DNA of 64,000 bases. Source: Azolla caroliniana. Taxonomy: Eukaryota; Plantae; Polypodiophyta. The translations under genes and the position numbers were made by a program. The stretch spans positions 17,732,001-17,796,000 of the forward strand of contig JBHGNT010000007.1 of assembly GCA_043228905.1 (NCBI GenBank). The letters run 5' to 3'. Positions within the stretch are counted from its first letter, which is position 1, and the number at the start of each line of letters is the position of its first letter. The notes below the pieces were generated by a model that did not search any database, was not told the DNA's origin, and saw only the letters and a program-made list of their open reading frames with translations. Of this stretch, positions 23,189-35,600 are shown piece by piece.

Positions 23189-26100
23189 TTACACCTCCGT
23201 AGGTCCCTTCGGACCCTTACCGTTTTCCTTACGGGTTGCCGTGTCTTCCTTCGCCTCTACTACGGGTTCCCCGTCGTCTTTTTCTTCCATCCGTACCGTT
23301 CCCGGTATAGTGCCGGTGGGCTGCATAAACGGGTTATTTGGCATCGGTCCTTTATAGGGCTTTAGTCTAAATCCGTTGACCCACTTGCCTAGCACTTCAC
23401 CGGCAAGTGTCCCTAACTGATAGGACCCGTTGTATTCCCGTGTCAGCCAATACGAGCCTGTCCATCTAAACCGGAGTTTACCCGGCATCTTGCCCATCCT
23501 CGTTTGGAATACTAGCACCGGCTTTCCGATTTCGAACATCTTTTCATTACCTTTCCGGCGACGGTCAACGAACGCTTTCCGTCGTCGTTGCCCCAGTTCC
23601 ATGTGTAGGATGCTGGCCAGTCGTTGCTCCTCCAGTTCGCATAGTGCTGCTAGCCGCATTTCCTCCGACTCCTTTTCATTCAGCCGTTCTCGTAGTTGGA
23701 TCCGTAAGCTTGGTACCTGAAATTCCACCGGCATGACCGCCTCTAAGCCGAACGCTAACCGGAACGGCGTTGTCCGGATACTTGTTTTGTATGCCGTTCG
23801 GTACGCCCATAGCGCGCTATGGAGCTTTGTATCCCAGTCCGTCCGGTTTTCATTGACGATTTTGCGGAGAATGTTCTGGAGTGTTTTGTTGGTTGACTCT
23901 GCTAACCCGTTTGCTTGTGGGTAGTACGGTGTGCTCCGTTTATGGACCACGGCATAGAACGTTGTTAAGCTTTCAACTACCTGGCCGAGGAAGTGCCCTC
24001 CTTGGTCGCTGATTAATTCAATCGGACATCCATATCGGCACCAAATGTTTTCGTACAGGAATTTTGCTGTGGATGACGCGGTGTTGTCTTTCAAGGCCTT
24101 AGCCTCCACCCATTTAGTGCAATAATCTGTTGCCACGATGACATAACGATTACCCGTTCTCATTGCCGGTGGCTTGAACGGTCCGACAAAATCCAACCCC
24201 CACTTCTGGAATGGCTCTAGTGGAAGTACCGGTTGGTGTGGCATCCGTGCTTGCTCCGTAGGCTGGCCCATTCGTTGGCATAGGTCACATTCCTTAGCAT
24301 ACTTGACGGCGTCTTTTAACGTCGTGGGCCACCATAAGCCGCTCTGCCATACTTTCCTTGCCGTCGCTTCCCCGGCATAGTGTCCTCCGGCAACCCCACA
24401 GTGTGCTTCCCATAAGATTACTTGTTTCTCGTCACTACGGACTGCCCGTCTCCATATTCCATCTGCTCCCTTGTGGTAGAGAGTGTCCCGTAACAGACAG
24501 AAATTGCGGCTCTGCACCGCCAGTCGTTTCCTCTCGTCCCGGTTCATTTCCTCCGGTGGCAGGCCCGTGCTTACGAACTGGTGCATGTTTGTCAGCCACC
24601 TATCTTCTGATGCCACCGTGTCGTCCGCTGCCGTTTCCGGGGTGATACGGAATAACTCTGCGTCCGGGAATTCATCCGATACTCCGTCGCCTGATTCTCC
24701 GGACTCTAACCGGCTCAAGTAGTCTGCTACGGCATGCTGGATACCGGGCCGGTGGAAGATCTCAAATTCCAACGGGCCAACTTACCGGTCAGGGACGCCT
24801 TGGACACTAAGTACAGGAGTGCCGAGTGATCCACATGAAAGGAGAACTTCCTTCCCAATAGGTAATGACGAAACTTTGTTACACTGTAGATCATGCCCAA
24901 GGCCTCCCGTTCCGTAGTCGAATAGTTCTTCTCCGCTTGGGACAGCTTCCGGCTGGCGTAATATACCGGCCGGTACCATTTAGGCTCCGTAAGTTGCATT
25001 AAGGCGCTGCCGATAGCGATGTCGGAAGCGTCAACGAACACATGAAATTCCTTGCTCCAATCCGGAGGCTGCACGACGGGTGCTTGCGACAAAAGTACCT
25101 TCAGGGCATTGTATGCCTTATCCTCCGTATCCGTCCATTGGAACGGTGTCCGATGTACCGCGGTGTGTAATGGTGTAGCCAAGTCAGCCAAGTGACAGAG
25201 CATCCGGCTGTGCCACCGGATCTGTCCTAAGAATCGGCTTAGTGCTTTGGCCGTTTCGGCGCCGGTGCCCCTAGTATCGCGTTTACTTTGTCCGGGTCGA
25301 CCGCAATGCCCTCCTTACTTACAATGTGTCCCAGTAAGATTCCACTTGAAACCCCAAAGATACATTTTGCTGGGTTTAAGCTTAGCCGGTATAACCTACA
25401 CTTTTCAAGGCATAACCGTAGGTGCTGCAAATGGTCTTTTTCCCGGCTATAGACTGCAAAGTCATCCAGGAAAACCTGCATGAAGGCTGGAATGTATTCG
25501 CCGAAGATCTCCATGATGATTCGCTGGAAAGTTGCTGGTGCCGTTTTTAGTCCGAACATCATTACTACGGCCACAAACACTCCCCATTCGGTTACGAACG
25601 CTGTCTTCTCCTAGTCGTCAGGGTGCATCCGGATTTGATTGTATCCGCTGAACCCGTCTAAAAAGCTATAAACTTCATGGCCGGCGACGGTATCCAGTAC
25701 TCCATCCGTGAACGGAAGAGGGAATGCATCCGTAATTGTGGTTGCATTTAGTTTCCTGTAATCTACACACTCGCGGATTTTACCGTTCTTCTTTGGGACG
25801 ACGACGATGGGGCTCAGCCACGTCGCTTTCTTTACCGGCCGGATGAAGCCCACTCTTAGGAGTTTGTCGATTTCCTCCTTCACTTTGGCGGCGTAGTTGG
25901 GGTTCATTCGGTAACGTCTTTGCGCCACTGGTTTCGCGTCCTTGCCTAAGTGGATCTGATGCTGATATAATTGAGGGTCCAGCCCTCGCATGTCTTCGTA
26001 TGACCAAGCGAATACGTCGCGAAACTCCGTGAGAAGTTTGATCATCGCCGCTTTATCTTCCGGCTTCATTTCTTTGGCGATGTGTACCGGCTTTGATTCG

Positions 26101-29012
26101 TCCTTGCTTCCTAGGTTCACTTCGTCGAGCTGGGATGTTTTTACCCGTTGGGAAACGGCCATTTCTCATTCCAACGCTTCCTGTGCTTGCCATAATTCCC
26201 GAATCGAATCTTTGTCTGGTTCGGGTTCGGTTTCGTCCTGCTGCGGCAAGTACGGCGCTACGGCTTCAGCTACGTCAATCTCGAAGAGTGGTACGATCTT
26301 CGGGTGTTCCTCCAAGTACTGGGCTTCTTCGTTGTCTGCCAACCCTTCAAGCATGTTCACGCATTCCGCATACAGCGGTGTGCATTCCTTACCGTTGCTC
26401 GTCCGTGGTTGTGTCGGTACCCGGACCTTGGCTTTTCCGCGCCGGAAGGTAATCATATTTTTCCGCCAATTTTGCTTGATGTGTGCTGTTTTCAACCATG
26501 GTCTGCCCAGCAACAGTGGGTACGCGCCTTGCGCCTGTAGCTGCAGCACTACAGCCGAGATGTGAAATGTGTGACCTCCTATGGTGACTTCCAATTTCCG
26601 TATTAAGCCCGTCGGCCGTACAGAGCTCGTATCCGCCATACGTAGCCAGAACGGACATGACTCCCATTCATGTATACCCAAGGCATCACACGTGTAGAGG
26701 CTTATTACGTTCACCCCGGAACCTCCATCGATTACTGTGCCGGGAAGTTCGTGCCCTTTGACAATAGCTGTAATCACCAGACTACTAGTGTCCACCACCG
26801 TCGGTCCCTCCTCCGGATTCGAGAAGAGGACTGGTGCCGGTGGGGCTATACCGTCTGTCATGACCGTTTTTAGTCCTTCCGTAAATCGCGGCACGAGCTG
26901 CAAGAGTCTTCCTAATGGCAACGTGATCTGACATTCTTGCAGTGCTTGCCATGTCTCGTTTTCTGCGTGGCTACCGCCGGCACTCCCTATGGTATTCGCC
27001 TTTTGCCGTTCCGCGTCCGCGACGTTCCTTTCATTGGCTTCCTTCACCCATTCTGTCACCTGTTTTCGTATGGCCTCTTGTGTTTCCCACTCTTTGGCCA
27101 TGCCTTTCGACCGTGTGGTTACTTGCTGTACATCTGCCACTTCCAGAACCACCATATTAACTGCTGGTCATTTATCGTAGCTCTTTGCCGGGCACTAGTT
27201 ATTGTAGTGGCCTTCCTGCCTGCAGTACTAGCAATACTCTTTACGGGTATTGCTGGATTCAGCATTGCTGGTAGCCGGAGTCGGTCCCGTAGTGAGTGGT
27301 GCGCTCTGTGCCGGTTGGCTCCTTGGGGTTCCATGTTCCGGGTCCCTAGGGTGACCACCTTTCTTGAAATTACGTTTCTTATTATTCTTATTTTTATTTC
27401 GGTAGTCCTGTCGTGGTGGATCGTAAAATCGGCCGTAGTCCTCCTGGTGCCTTCGGTAACCAGGGGAATGGTCTTTGTCGTATTGCTCGTGTCGTCTGTT
27501 GGACTCCCGATAACGGTCCGATCGCTCATACCGGTCGTAGTTATCATGCCGATCCCCGTACCGGCCATCATTTTCTTGTCTGTCTCCGTACCGGACATCC
27601 TGTGCCGGTCGGTACCGGTTCATTCTTTGCCAACGATCTTCATCTTCGTCTCGGTTGCTTCTTGGCTCAATCCGTCGGATGGGTGGTGCTTGTCGGTTTA
27701 GCAGGTTATACTCGCACCGGTCCGTTGTATGACTCTTGGATTGACAAATCACACACTGGGTTCGCATGGTGCACTCCACTGCCGAGTGTCCGGCATTCAA
27801 GCAGATTGTGCATTGAATTGCCTGCCGGAACCGGAGATCTTCATCTGTGGGTAACGCCCGTTGTAGTGCTCCCAGTGTAAGCCATGAGCTTGACTTTTCC
27901 ATTTCTCTGACCCGGTCAATGACCTGGTCAATGGTGCTTCCTCGAAAGTCGATCACCGTACACACCGTGCGTAACGGTTCCCGGAGTGCGTTTAAAAATA
28001 TCGTCCGTAATTCCTCCTCCGGGGGTGCACGGGCAAGCTGGCTATGCATTCGTTGGAAACGGATGACGAATTGGGGAATGCTTTCCCCTGCCTCCTGTCG
28101 GATCGTATAAAACAGGCCCACCATTATCGTCTGGTCGACCTCCTTGTGGAAAAAATGCAAGAATTTTGCTTTTAATTCTGCAAAGGTTGTGATGGTCGTC
28201 GGGTCCTGCGTCCGCCGCCATCGTGCCGCTGGTCCTTCCAACGTGACCCCGAATTCCGCTATCTTCGAGCGTTCTTCTTCCTCCGGTGTCAATCGCTGGG
28301 ACGCGTGATTTGCTTCCCATGTCTGCTCGAAGGCATGAACATGCGCTTCCACGTCCGGATCATCGCGATACTTTGAGTATTGGAACGGCATGTCGTCGTC
28401 CAGTATTAGGCCGCGGTTTAGTGGCGTTTGTTGATATCTTTCCGGTTTTCTCTCCGGTTCCACTTCCGGTTCTTTTGCCGGTGCTTTTTCCGGTTCCTTC
28501 ACCGGCTCTTCTTCCGGTACCTTCGCCGGCTCTTTCGTTGGTGTCGGTGGCTTTGCTTCTTCCACTTCCGGTGTTGGTGGGTTGACGGCTTCCGTTTGCG
28601 GTTCCGGATAGCCCTGGTCGAACGGTTCCGGTTCTGGAGTCGGCACGGTATCCGACCCGTCGTCCTTCGGGCCGCCGGGGGTATCGTTGCTGCTCCGGTA
28701 GTTCGTGTGCACGCTGTATCCCCCTTCGGAATCCGATTCGTAGGCTGAAAAGGCTTCTGCCTCGTTTTCTCCGCTTGCCAGCGCCTCGAGGAGGCGTTCG
28801 GTTTCCCGGAGACTACTTAGACCGCTTCCGTCGTCCTGGTCGCGAGTTTGCTGTAACCGAAGAGATTCCTCCGCGACTCTCCGGATCTCGTTGGAGAACG
28901 AACGATCCGAGCGAATTTCGTGCGCTGCTTGCTGGAAAGTCTCACGCCGTCTTTGCCGTTCGGCGAGGCGTCGAGCTCGGTCTATAACCAGGTCGTGCGT
29001 TGGTCTAGTCAT
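23189..29012 (-). pseudogene. gag-pol: Single-frame gag-pol of E (gag, 3 Zn knuckles, PR, RT, RH, INT) with several nonsense mutations and frameshifts
   Basis: IDGGSGVNVI, FLDGFSGYNQ, FLDD, VDASDIAIG, HHCC, WGLDFVGP/SDQG/NGLAES. Gag and PR are in the same frame across stops at 27168-27230. Confidence 0.95.
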
Positions 29013-29043
29013 CCATTAAGCCGTCGTTCGCTGCGAGAAAGCA

Positions 29044-29059
29044 GGAATCGTGGTCGCCA
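29044..29059 (-). promoter_or_regulatory. Primer-binding site of E (TGGCGACCAC..., tRNA-Arg type)
   Basis: Lies 6 nt after the 5' LTR on the minus strand. The same motif is in G at 38387-38402. Confidence 0.7.
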
Positions 29060-29065
29060 AAACTG

Positions 29066-29484
29066 TGTTGTTCTCTGACCGGACAAGGCCTAACACAAGG
29101 TGTCGTGGAGACACTTCACCAAAGGGTGATTACGGCATAGGATTATGACTCAACGATTACACCGACTTAAGTAGGTTACACGATTAGAGCGCTTTTGTTA
29201 ATTACACGCGTAAGATATAACAGTAATTACAGAACGGAAATCAACACAGAAGTATAAACACCATACGCTCTATTAATTATCCGCTGCGATTACAATGGGG
29301 TCCGGGCCTTTAAATAGGTTTCCGGCCCGTAGTACAAAACGGTGCCTATCGCACCTATTCGGGATCCGTCCGGATCTGGAACGGCATACCGTTTCCAGTC
29401 CGTCCGTCCACACTATGCTTATTTACAACCATACTTAATTAATTCCTTCACTCCGTATTTTGGACTCCTTGCCGGCCGGTAACA
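29066..29484 (-). repeat. 5' LTR of E
   Basis: 419 bp with TGTTG...GTAACA termini. The TATA-like CCTATTTAAAG is on the minus strand. Confidence 0.95.
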
Positions 29485-29524
29485 TGGGCCAGTACCTTGT
29501 ACGTCGAATCCCACTATCCAGCCC

Positions 29525-32452
29525 TTAGCCTTCGTCCAAGATATCCAGAATACTCTGCTCCAGGGTATCTAATGGTTGTTCGGAATTCGGTTGTTGTTGT
29601 TGTTGTTGATGTGGCTGCTGTGGCTGCGGTGGTTGCGGCTTCTCCGATTGTTGCGCCCGAGAGGGCGTTTGTTCGGCTCTCGGTATTGGCGGTTGTGGCG
29701 GTGATTCCTCCATTAGTTGCTCCGCCGGATTTGACTCTGGTTGACTCGCCCCGGCCTTGTCGCCGTTCGGTCCTTGTTCCAGTGATGGCTCCTCATCGCT
29801 GAGGTTGACGGTCGCCGCCTGCTTTGCTTCTTCTCTCCGTAGCCTGGTCCACTCATAGCTCTCAAACTGGATTTGAGCATCCAGTCGATCATCATCTAGT
29901 TGGGCTACAAGTTGCTGGACCACTGCTGCATGCTCCTCTGCCAGAGTTACAAAATCTTCGGCTAACTCATCTCTTATGGCGGTGAAGTCCTCCTTCGTTA
30001 GCATGTAGCAGTCGTCGCCCTCCTTCTGCCGGTTTTCCGCGTCTGCTCGTAGCAACTGGAGCTCGGCTGTGTGCTTTGCCCATTTGTCCCACCATTGCGT
30101 GGAGCTTTCGTCAATCAAGTGTTTGGTCTTGTTCCTCCATGCCTGGACAATGAACTGAATCTGCTCCAATCCCATCTTTGATTTGTCCTTCGCGGATTGT
30201 CGTTCGTCCTTCAACTGCTTGATGAGTGCCACCGTATCCACCTCCTGCTCCCGGTAATGTGACAGTTGGGTTTGATAAGTGTTTTGCAGCCTTTGCAAGA
30301 TCATTGTCGCTCTTTCCTTCTCTTCATAATGCTGCTTATGCAGCTCCATCCGTTCTTGCGCGGCTTCCTCCAGCAGCGTGGTTCTTTCAGCCCATTCCTC
30401 TGCCGGCGCCGTCTCAACTCGATGTACCTCCTGCCGGAGCTCTGCCATCTTCTCCTGCTATTTCTTATGCTCCGTATCCAGGTGCTTGTAGTCCCAGTGG
30501 AGGTGCTCAAAATCATCGGTCTTCTACTTCAGCTCTTGGTTGAGTTGCCGATAGGCGCGGTCTTCCTGGTCCTGCTGACGGAGTTCTTCTTTCAGCCTTT
30601 CGATCTCTGTTTCCGCCATCCATCGTAGCTTCTCCTTTTCTTGCATCGCCTTCTCTTTCTCCTCCTTCAGCCGATCGTAGGCCTGATGTCCTTTCCGCAG
30701 ATTCTCTTCGGCCTGGCGGAGGTTCTCAACAGTCTTTCGGTGTTCTTCTTCTGCCGCTTTCTTCAAGTCTCGCTCTCGGGTGCGTAATGCTTCTTGTGCG
30801 GCCAGTTCATCTCTTAATTTAGCAAGCTCTTTTGCTTGCGCCACCACTATCTCCGGGACTAGTTCCGTCTCCGGGGTCTTATTGCTATGTACAGGTGCCG
30901 ATGCTTCTTTATTATGTACATCGACGGGAGTCACCGGTGCTTGGAGCTGTGGTCTAGTTAAGGCCATTTTGGCCAATTCTTCTATGGCTAGGTCGAAGTC
31001 TTGTTCTAGGCTCCGGATGCTTGACCAGGCCATCTCTAGTTCTCTGGTTGTGACGAGTAACCGGTCCATCTACGCTTTCTCTTCCGCCTCTATGTAGTGT
31101 ACCACTCCGACAATCTGTTCTCCAATCCACCGGAGCCATTGACTGCCGGTGCCCTGTTGTTGCGTCTGCCCGGAGGGTTGGCTGTTGGTGTCGTTGGTCG
31201 GTGGTTGGTTTTGTCCAGTTGCGTCGAGCTGCAACTCTGGCTCTTGTTGGTGACCACTTTGCCGTTTTGGTTGCGGCTCCATTGGCCGCTCCGCCTCTGA
31301 ATGCTCTTGGCCTGCCGGTGGGGTCGGCAACTGTACTTCTGGTGCTTGCATTTCGGGTCTTGCCGTATCCGGACCCGCCAGTAGAGGTTGTTGTGCAAGG
31401 AGCTCTGTGGCCGGTTCTGTCCGAACCGGTTCCGGTTCCATCCTTGGTGCGGGCTACTTAGGGCGGGGTACATGCGTTCCATCCTTCTTTGGGTCTGAAC
31501 GCTCCCCGGCATGTTCGGAGGTGCTTGCCTTCTGGCGCCGCTGGAGGTGCTCTAACGGTTCCTCCTCCTGAGTCCCGATTTTGATTTTTGCTGCCGTTGG
31601 GTTCAACAAGTGCCGCCGTACCAGTGGCTCCTCCTGCGTTTCCGCCTGCCGCTTCCTATTGGCGCGCTCCTTCCCTTTGGTTCCCTTAGAAGCCAACAGC
31701 TACTGCCGTTTCGAGGTCGTTTTCGGGGTGCCTTCGGTTGTCCTTCCCCGCTTCGTGGTCTTGACGGGCTTGATAGGTGGTGCCAATAGGGTGAGCCATT
31801 GCACAACTGCCGTCCATAACTTCCGACCCTCTTTGCCTCTGACAGAGTCGATGGCCGCACAGAGGCCATCCGCAATCAATACCGCCTAGTCCACCTTCAC
31901 ACCTTCATATGTGGCTATGTTTAAGCCGGCCCGGTTCTGGGGCATGCACGGGGGTCGAGGGTATACATGTCTGAATTCATGGAGCACACAGGCAATCTCT
32001 CGAAAGAGAGGATCTTCGCCACCCTGTGTCCGGTAGGCCTTGCTTGCCGGAGAGTATTCCCCAAAATATTTTCGGAGCTATTCTGGGGTAAGGTTATCGA
32101 TATTGAAGATTCCCCCTTCCGGAAGGCCAATCAACGCATGGATGGCCTCCTCAGTAATCAGCTCCGTGTCGATTTCTTTGACTATCTTCTTCGCCTCCCG
32201 GTGCGGTGGCGCCTCCATGATGGTGAGGAAACCCTCTAAGCCGTGTTGCCTTAGCCACTTCTTGGCTGCTTCAGAGAGTGCTTGGCAGTCCATGGCTTCG
32301 TCGAGGTTAGTGAGCGCTGGTGAAGGTTGTGTGTGAGGAGTCTCTGTGTGCATGGGTTCGCGTCTACTGATCTTTAATCGCATGTCTGTGTTTGTGCTCC
32401 TCTGTTCGCGAAATGTCAGGGTTTCTATGTGGCGGGGGTCTTCTTGTTGCAT
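29525..32452 (-). pseudogene. Extra 3' ORF of G (fragmented)
   Basis: MDCQALSEAAKKWLRQHGLEGFL...ELQLLRADAENRQKEGDDCYML...EQSILDILDEG, collinear with the E ORF. Confidence 0.9.
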
Positions 32453-32669
32453 GTTGGCGCCTGTTTTTTTTTTTCATTACCCGCGCATGTGCACGTCGTG
32501 TACTAAAATAGAATGACGTGCCATGTGGCGGCAGTTTAATAGCCCACTATGTACCTTTTCAAAGTGCATGTTCACTCCTTCTTTTTGCATTTGTCCGTTC
32601 ACCCCTCGCCCTTGCATGATTTACTTGATTTGATTTTTTTTGTTTTTTTTTTTATTTAAATAAATGGTT

Positions 32670-35600
32670 CTGCTAATTAGCAACCGGTCCCATTGGACCC
32701 CTATCCGTATTGTGATCCTTGCCGGACGTTGGACCGCTTGCCGGCGCTTTCGACTTACCGGTGTCCGGTTTTGTGTCGCCCTTCACTTGTGCAAATGGGT
32801 TTCTTGGCATGGGTCAATTGTATGGTTTGAGTCGGAACCCATTTACCCATTTACCCAGAACCTCGCCAGCAAGTGTCCCTAATTGGTAGGAACCGTTGAA
32901 CTCTCACGTAATCCAGTATGGTCCGGTCCACCGAAATCGTAGCTTTCCCGACATCTTACCCATTCGGGTTTGGAACACGAGTACCGGCTTACTGATGCCG
33001 AACATCTTTTCGTTCCCTTTTCGGTGACGATCCACAAATGCCTTCCTTCGCCGCTACTCTAGTTCTAGGTGCATGATGTTGGCTAGCCGATGTTCTTCCA
33101 ATTCGCACAGTGCGTTTAACCAGATAGCTTCCAATTCCTTCTCATTTAGGCGTTCCCGAATCTATATTCATAGACTCGGTACCTGGAACTCTACCGGCAT
33201 CACTGCTTCCAATCGGAATGCTAGGCAGAACGGTGTTGTGCGGATACTTGTCTTATATGCAGTTCGGTAGGCCCAGAGTGCACTGTGCAGCTTTGTATCC
33301 CAATTTGTCTGCTTCTCATTGACGATTTTCCGTAGGATATTCTGTAGTGTTTTATTTGTTGACTCTGCTAATCCGTTGGCTTGCGGATAATAGGGAGTGC
33401 TCCGTTTGTGCACCACTGCATAAAATGTCGTCAAACTTTCCACTACTTGCCCTAAGAAGTGCCCACCTTGGTCACTTATGAGCTCTACCGGACATCCATA
33501 TCGGCACCAGATGCATTCATATAAAAATTTTGCCGTGGATGCAGCAGTGTTGTCGCGTAGTGCTTTCGCTTCCACCCATTTCGTGTAGTAATCCGTAGCA
33601 ACGATCATGTACCGGTTGCCGGTTCTCATTGCCGATGGTTTGAACGAACCGACAAAATCTAGCCCCCATTTCTGAAATGGTTCTAATGGTAGCACGGGCT
33701 GGTGAGGCATTCTGGCTTGTTCGGTTGGTTGGCCCATTCATTGACATAGGTCGCATTCTTTAGCGTATCGGACTGCATCCTTCAATGTTGTCGGCCACCA
33801 TAGTCCGCTCTGCCATATTTTCCTTGCCGTAGCGTCTCCGACATAATGTCCTCCAGCCACGTCGTAGTGTGCTTCACACAATATTATTTCCTTTTCGTCG
33901 CTGCGCACTACACGTCACCATATGCCATCTGCACCTTTGTGGTACAGGGTGTCCTATAATAGACAGAAGTGCCGACTTTGAACTGCTAAGCGTTTCCTCT
34001 CGTCTCTGTTCATCTCCTTCGGAGGTAGGCCGGTGCTCAGAAATTGGTGCATATTGGTAAGCCATTTGTCTTCCTCTGCGACCGAACTATCCGTTGCCAT
34101 TTCTGCTGTGACTCTAAACAACTCTGCATCCAGAAAGTCTTCTGGGACTCCGTCACCGGTTTCGCCAGAATCCAACCGGCTTAAATAGTCCGCTACCGCA
34201 TGTTGTATGTCGGGTCGATGGAATATCTCGAACTCGAATTCTTGCAATAGTAACGTCCACCGGGCCAGCTTACCGGTGAGTGATGCTTTGGACACCAAGT
34301 AGAGAAGTGCCGAATGATCTATGTGAAAGGAAAATTTCCTTCCCAACAGATAATGTCTAAACTTGGTGACATTGTAGATCTTACCCAAGGCCTCCCTTTC
34401 CATTGTGGAATAATTCCGTTCCGCTTGGGGCAGCTTTCGGCTGGCATAATAGACTGGCCGGTACCATTTCAGTTCTGTCAGTTGCATCAGTGCACTCCCG
34501 ATTGCAATGTCGGACGCGTCAACGAACACATGGAACTCTTTGGACCAATCCGGAGGGTGCACCACCGGCGCTTGTAACAACAGTACTTTTAGTGCCCGGT
34601 AAGCCTGGTCTTCTGTGTCCATCCATCGGAACAGTGTCCGATGTACTGCGGCATGTAGTGGTGTAGCCAGGTCTGCTAGATACCGGAGCATTTTGCTATG
34701 CCACCGAATTTGTCCTAAGAACCGGCTTAGTGCCTTTGTCGTGGCTGGTGCCGGTGCCTCCAGGATTGCTTTTACTTTGTCCGGATCCACTGCAATACCG
34801 TCCGTGCTTACTATGTGGCCCAGTAACGCTCCGCTTGTTACTCCGAACACGCATTTTGCCGGGTTCAGGCATAGTCGGTAAACCCTACATTTTTCTAGGC
34901 ATAGTCGGAGGTGTTGAAGGTGATCCCCTTCCTGGCTATAAACAGCGAAGTCATCCAAAAACACTTGCATGAAAATTTCCATGATGATCCGTTGGAAGGT
35001 TGCCGGTGTCGTTTTCAGTTGGAACATCATCACTACGACAACAAAGACTCCCCATTTAGTGACAAAAGCAGTTTTGTCCTGGTCGGCGGGCTGCATCCGG
35101 ATCTGATTATAGCCGCTGAAACCATCCAGAAAACTGTACACCTTATGACCGGCGACCGCATCAAGGACTCCATCCGTGAATGGAAGTGGGAAGGTGTCTG
35201 TTACCATAGCCACATTCAATTTCCGGTAGTTGATGCACACTCTGATCTTACCGTTCTTTTTGGGTACTACCACTATCGGGTTGAGCCATGTGGCTTTCTT
35301 TACCAGTCGAATGAAGCCCACTCTCAGCAACTTGTCGATTTCTTCTTTGACTTTTGCTACGTAATTTGGGTTCATCCGGTAACGCCGTTGCGCTACCGGT
35401 TTGGCGTCTTTACTCAGTTGTATCTGGTGTTGATATAACTGAGGATTGAGTACCAGCATGTCCTCGTAGGACCAGGCGAACACATCGAGAAATTCTTTTA
35501 GGAGTGTGATCATTACCGTTTTGTTCTCCGAAGCCATTTCCTTGGCGATGTGCACCGGTCTTGTGTCCTCTGTGGTACCTAGGTTTACCTCTTCTAGTTG

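Larger units (their letters stand above)
19312..29484 (-). mobile_element. Ty3/Gypsy element E, full length, youngest in the nest
   Basis: LTRs at 19312-20042 and 29066-29484 with only about 4 substitutions seen. Perfect TSD TGGGC (19307-19311, 29485-29489). Confidence 0.96.

Noticed and set aside
26937-28748. Many 100-250 aa antisense ORFs over gag-pol
   Set aside because: Shadow ORFs of GC-rich coding sequence, not conserved between E and G.
19312-29484. Idea that E is simply oriented + with antisense gag-pol, because the best PBS is on +
   Set aside because: The LTR TATA points in the gag-pol sense, there is a PBS after the other LTR, and the opposite orientation also lacks a PPT.
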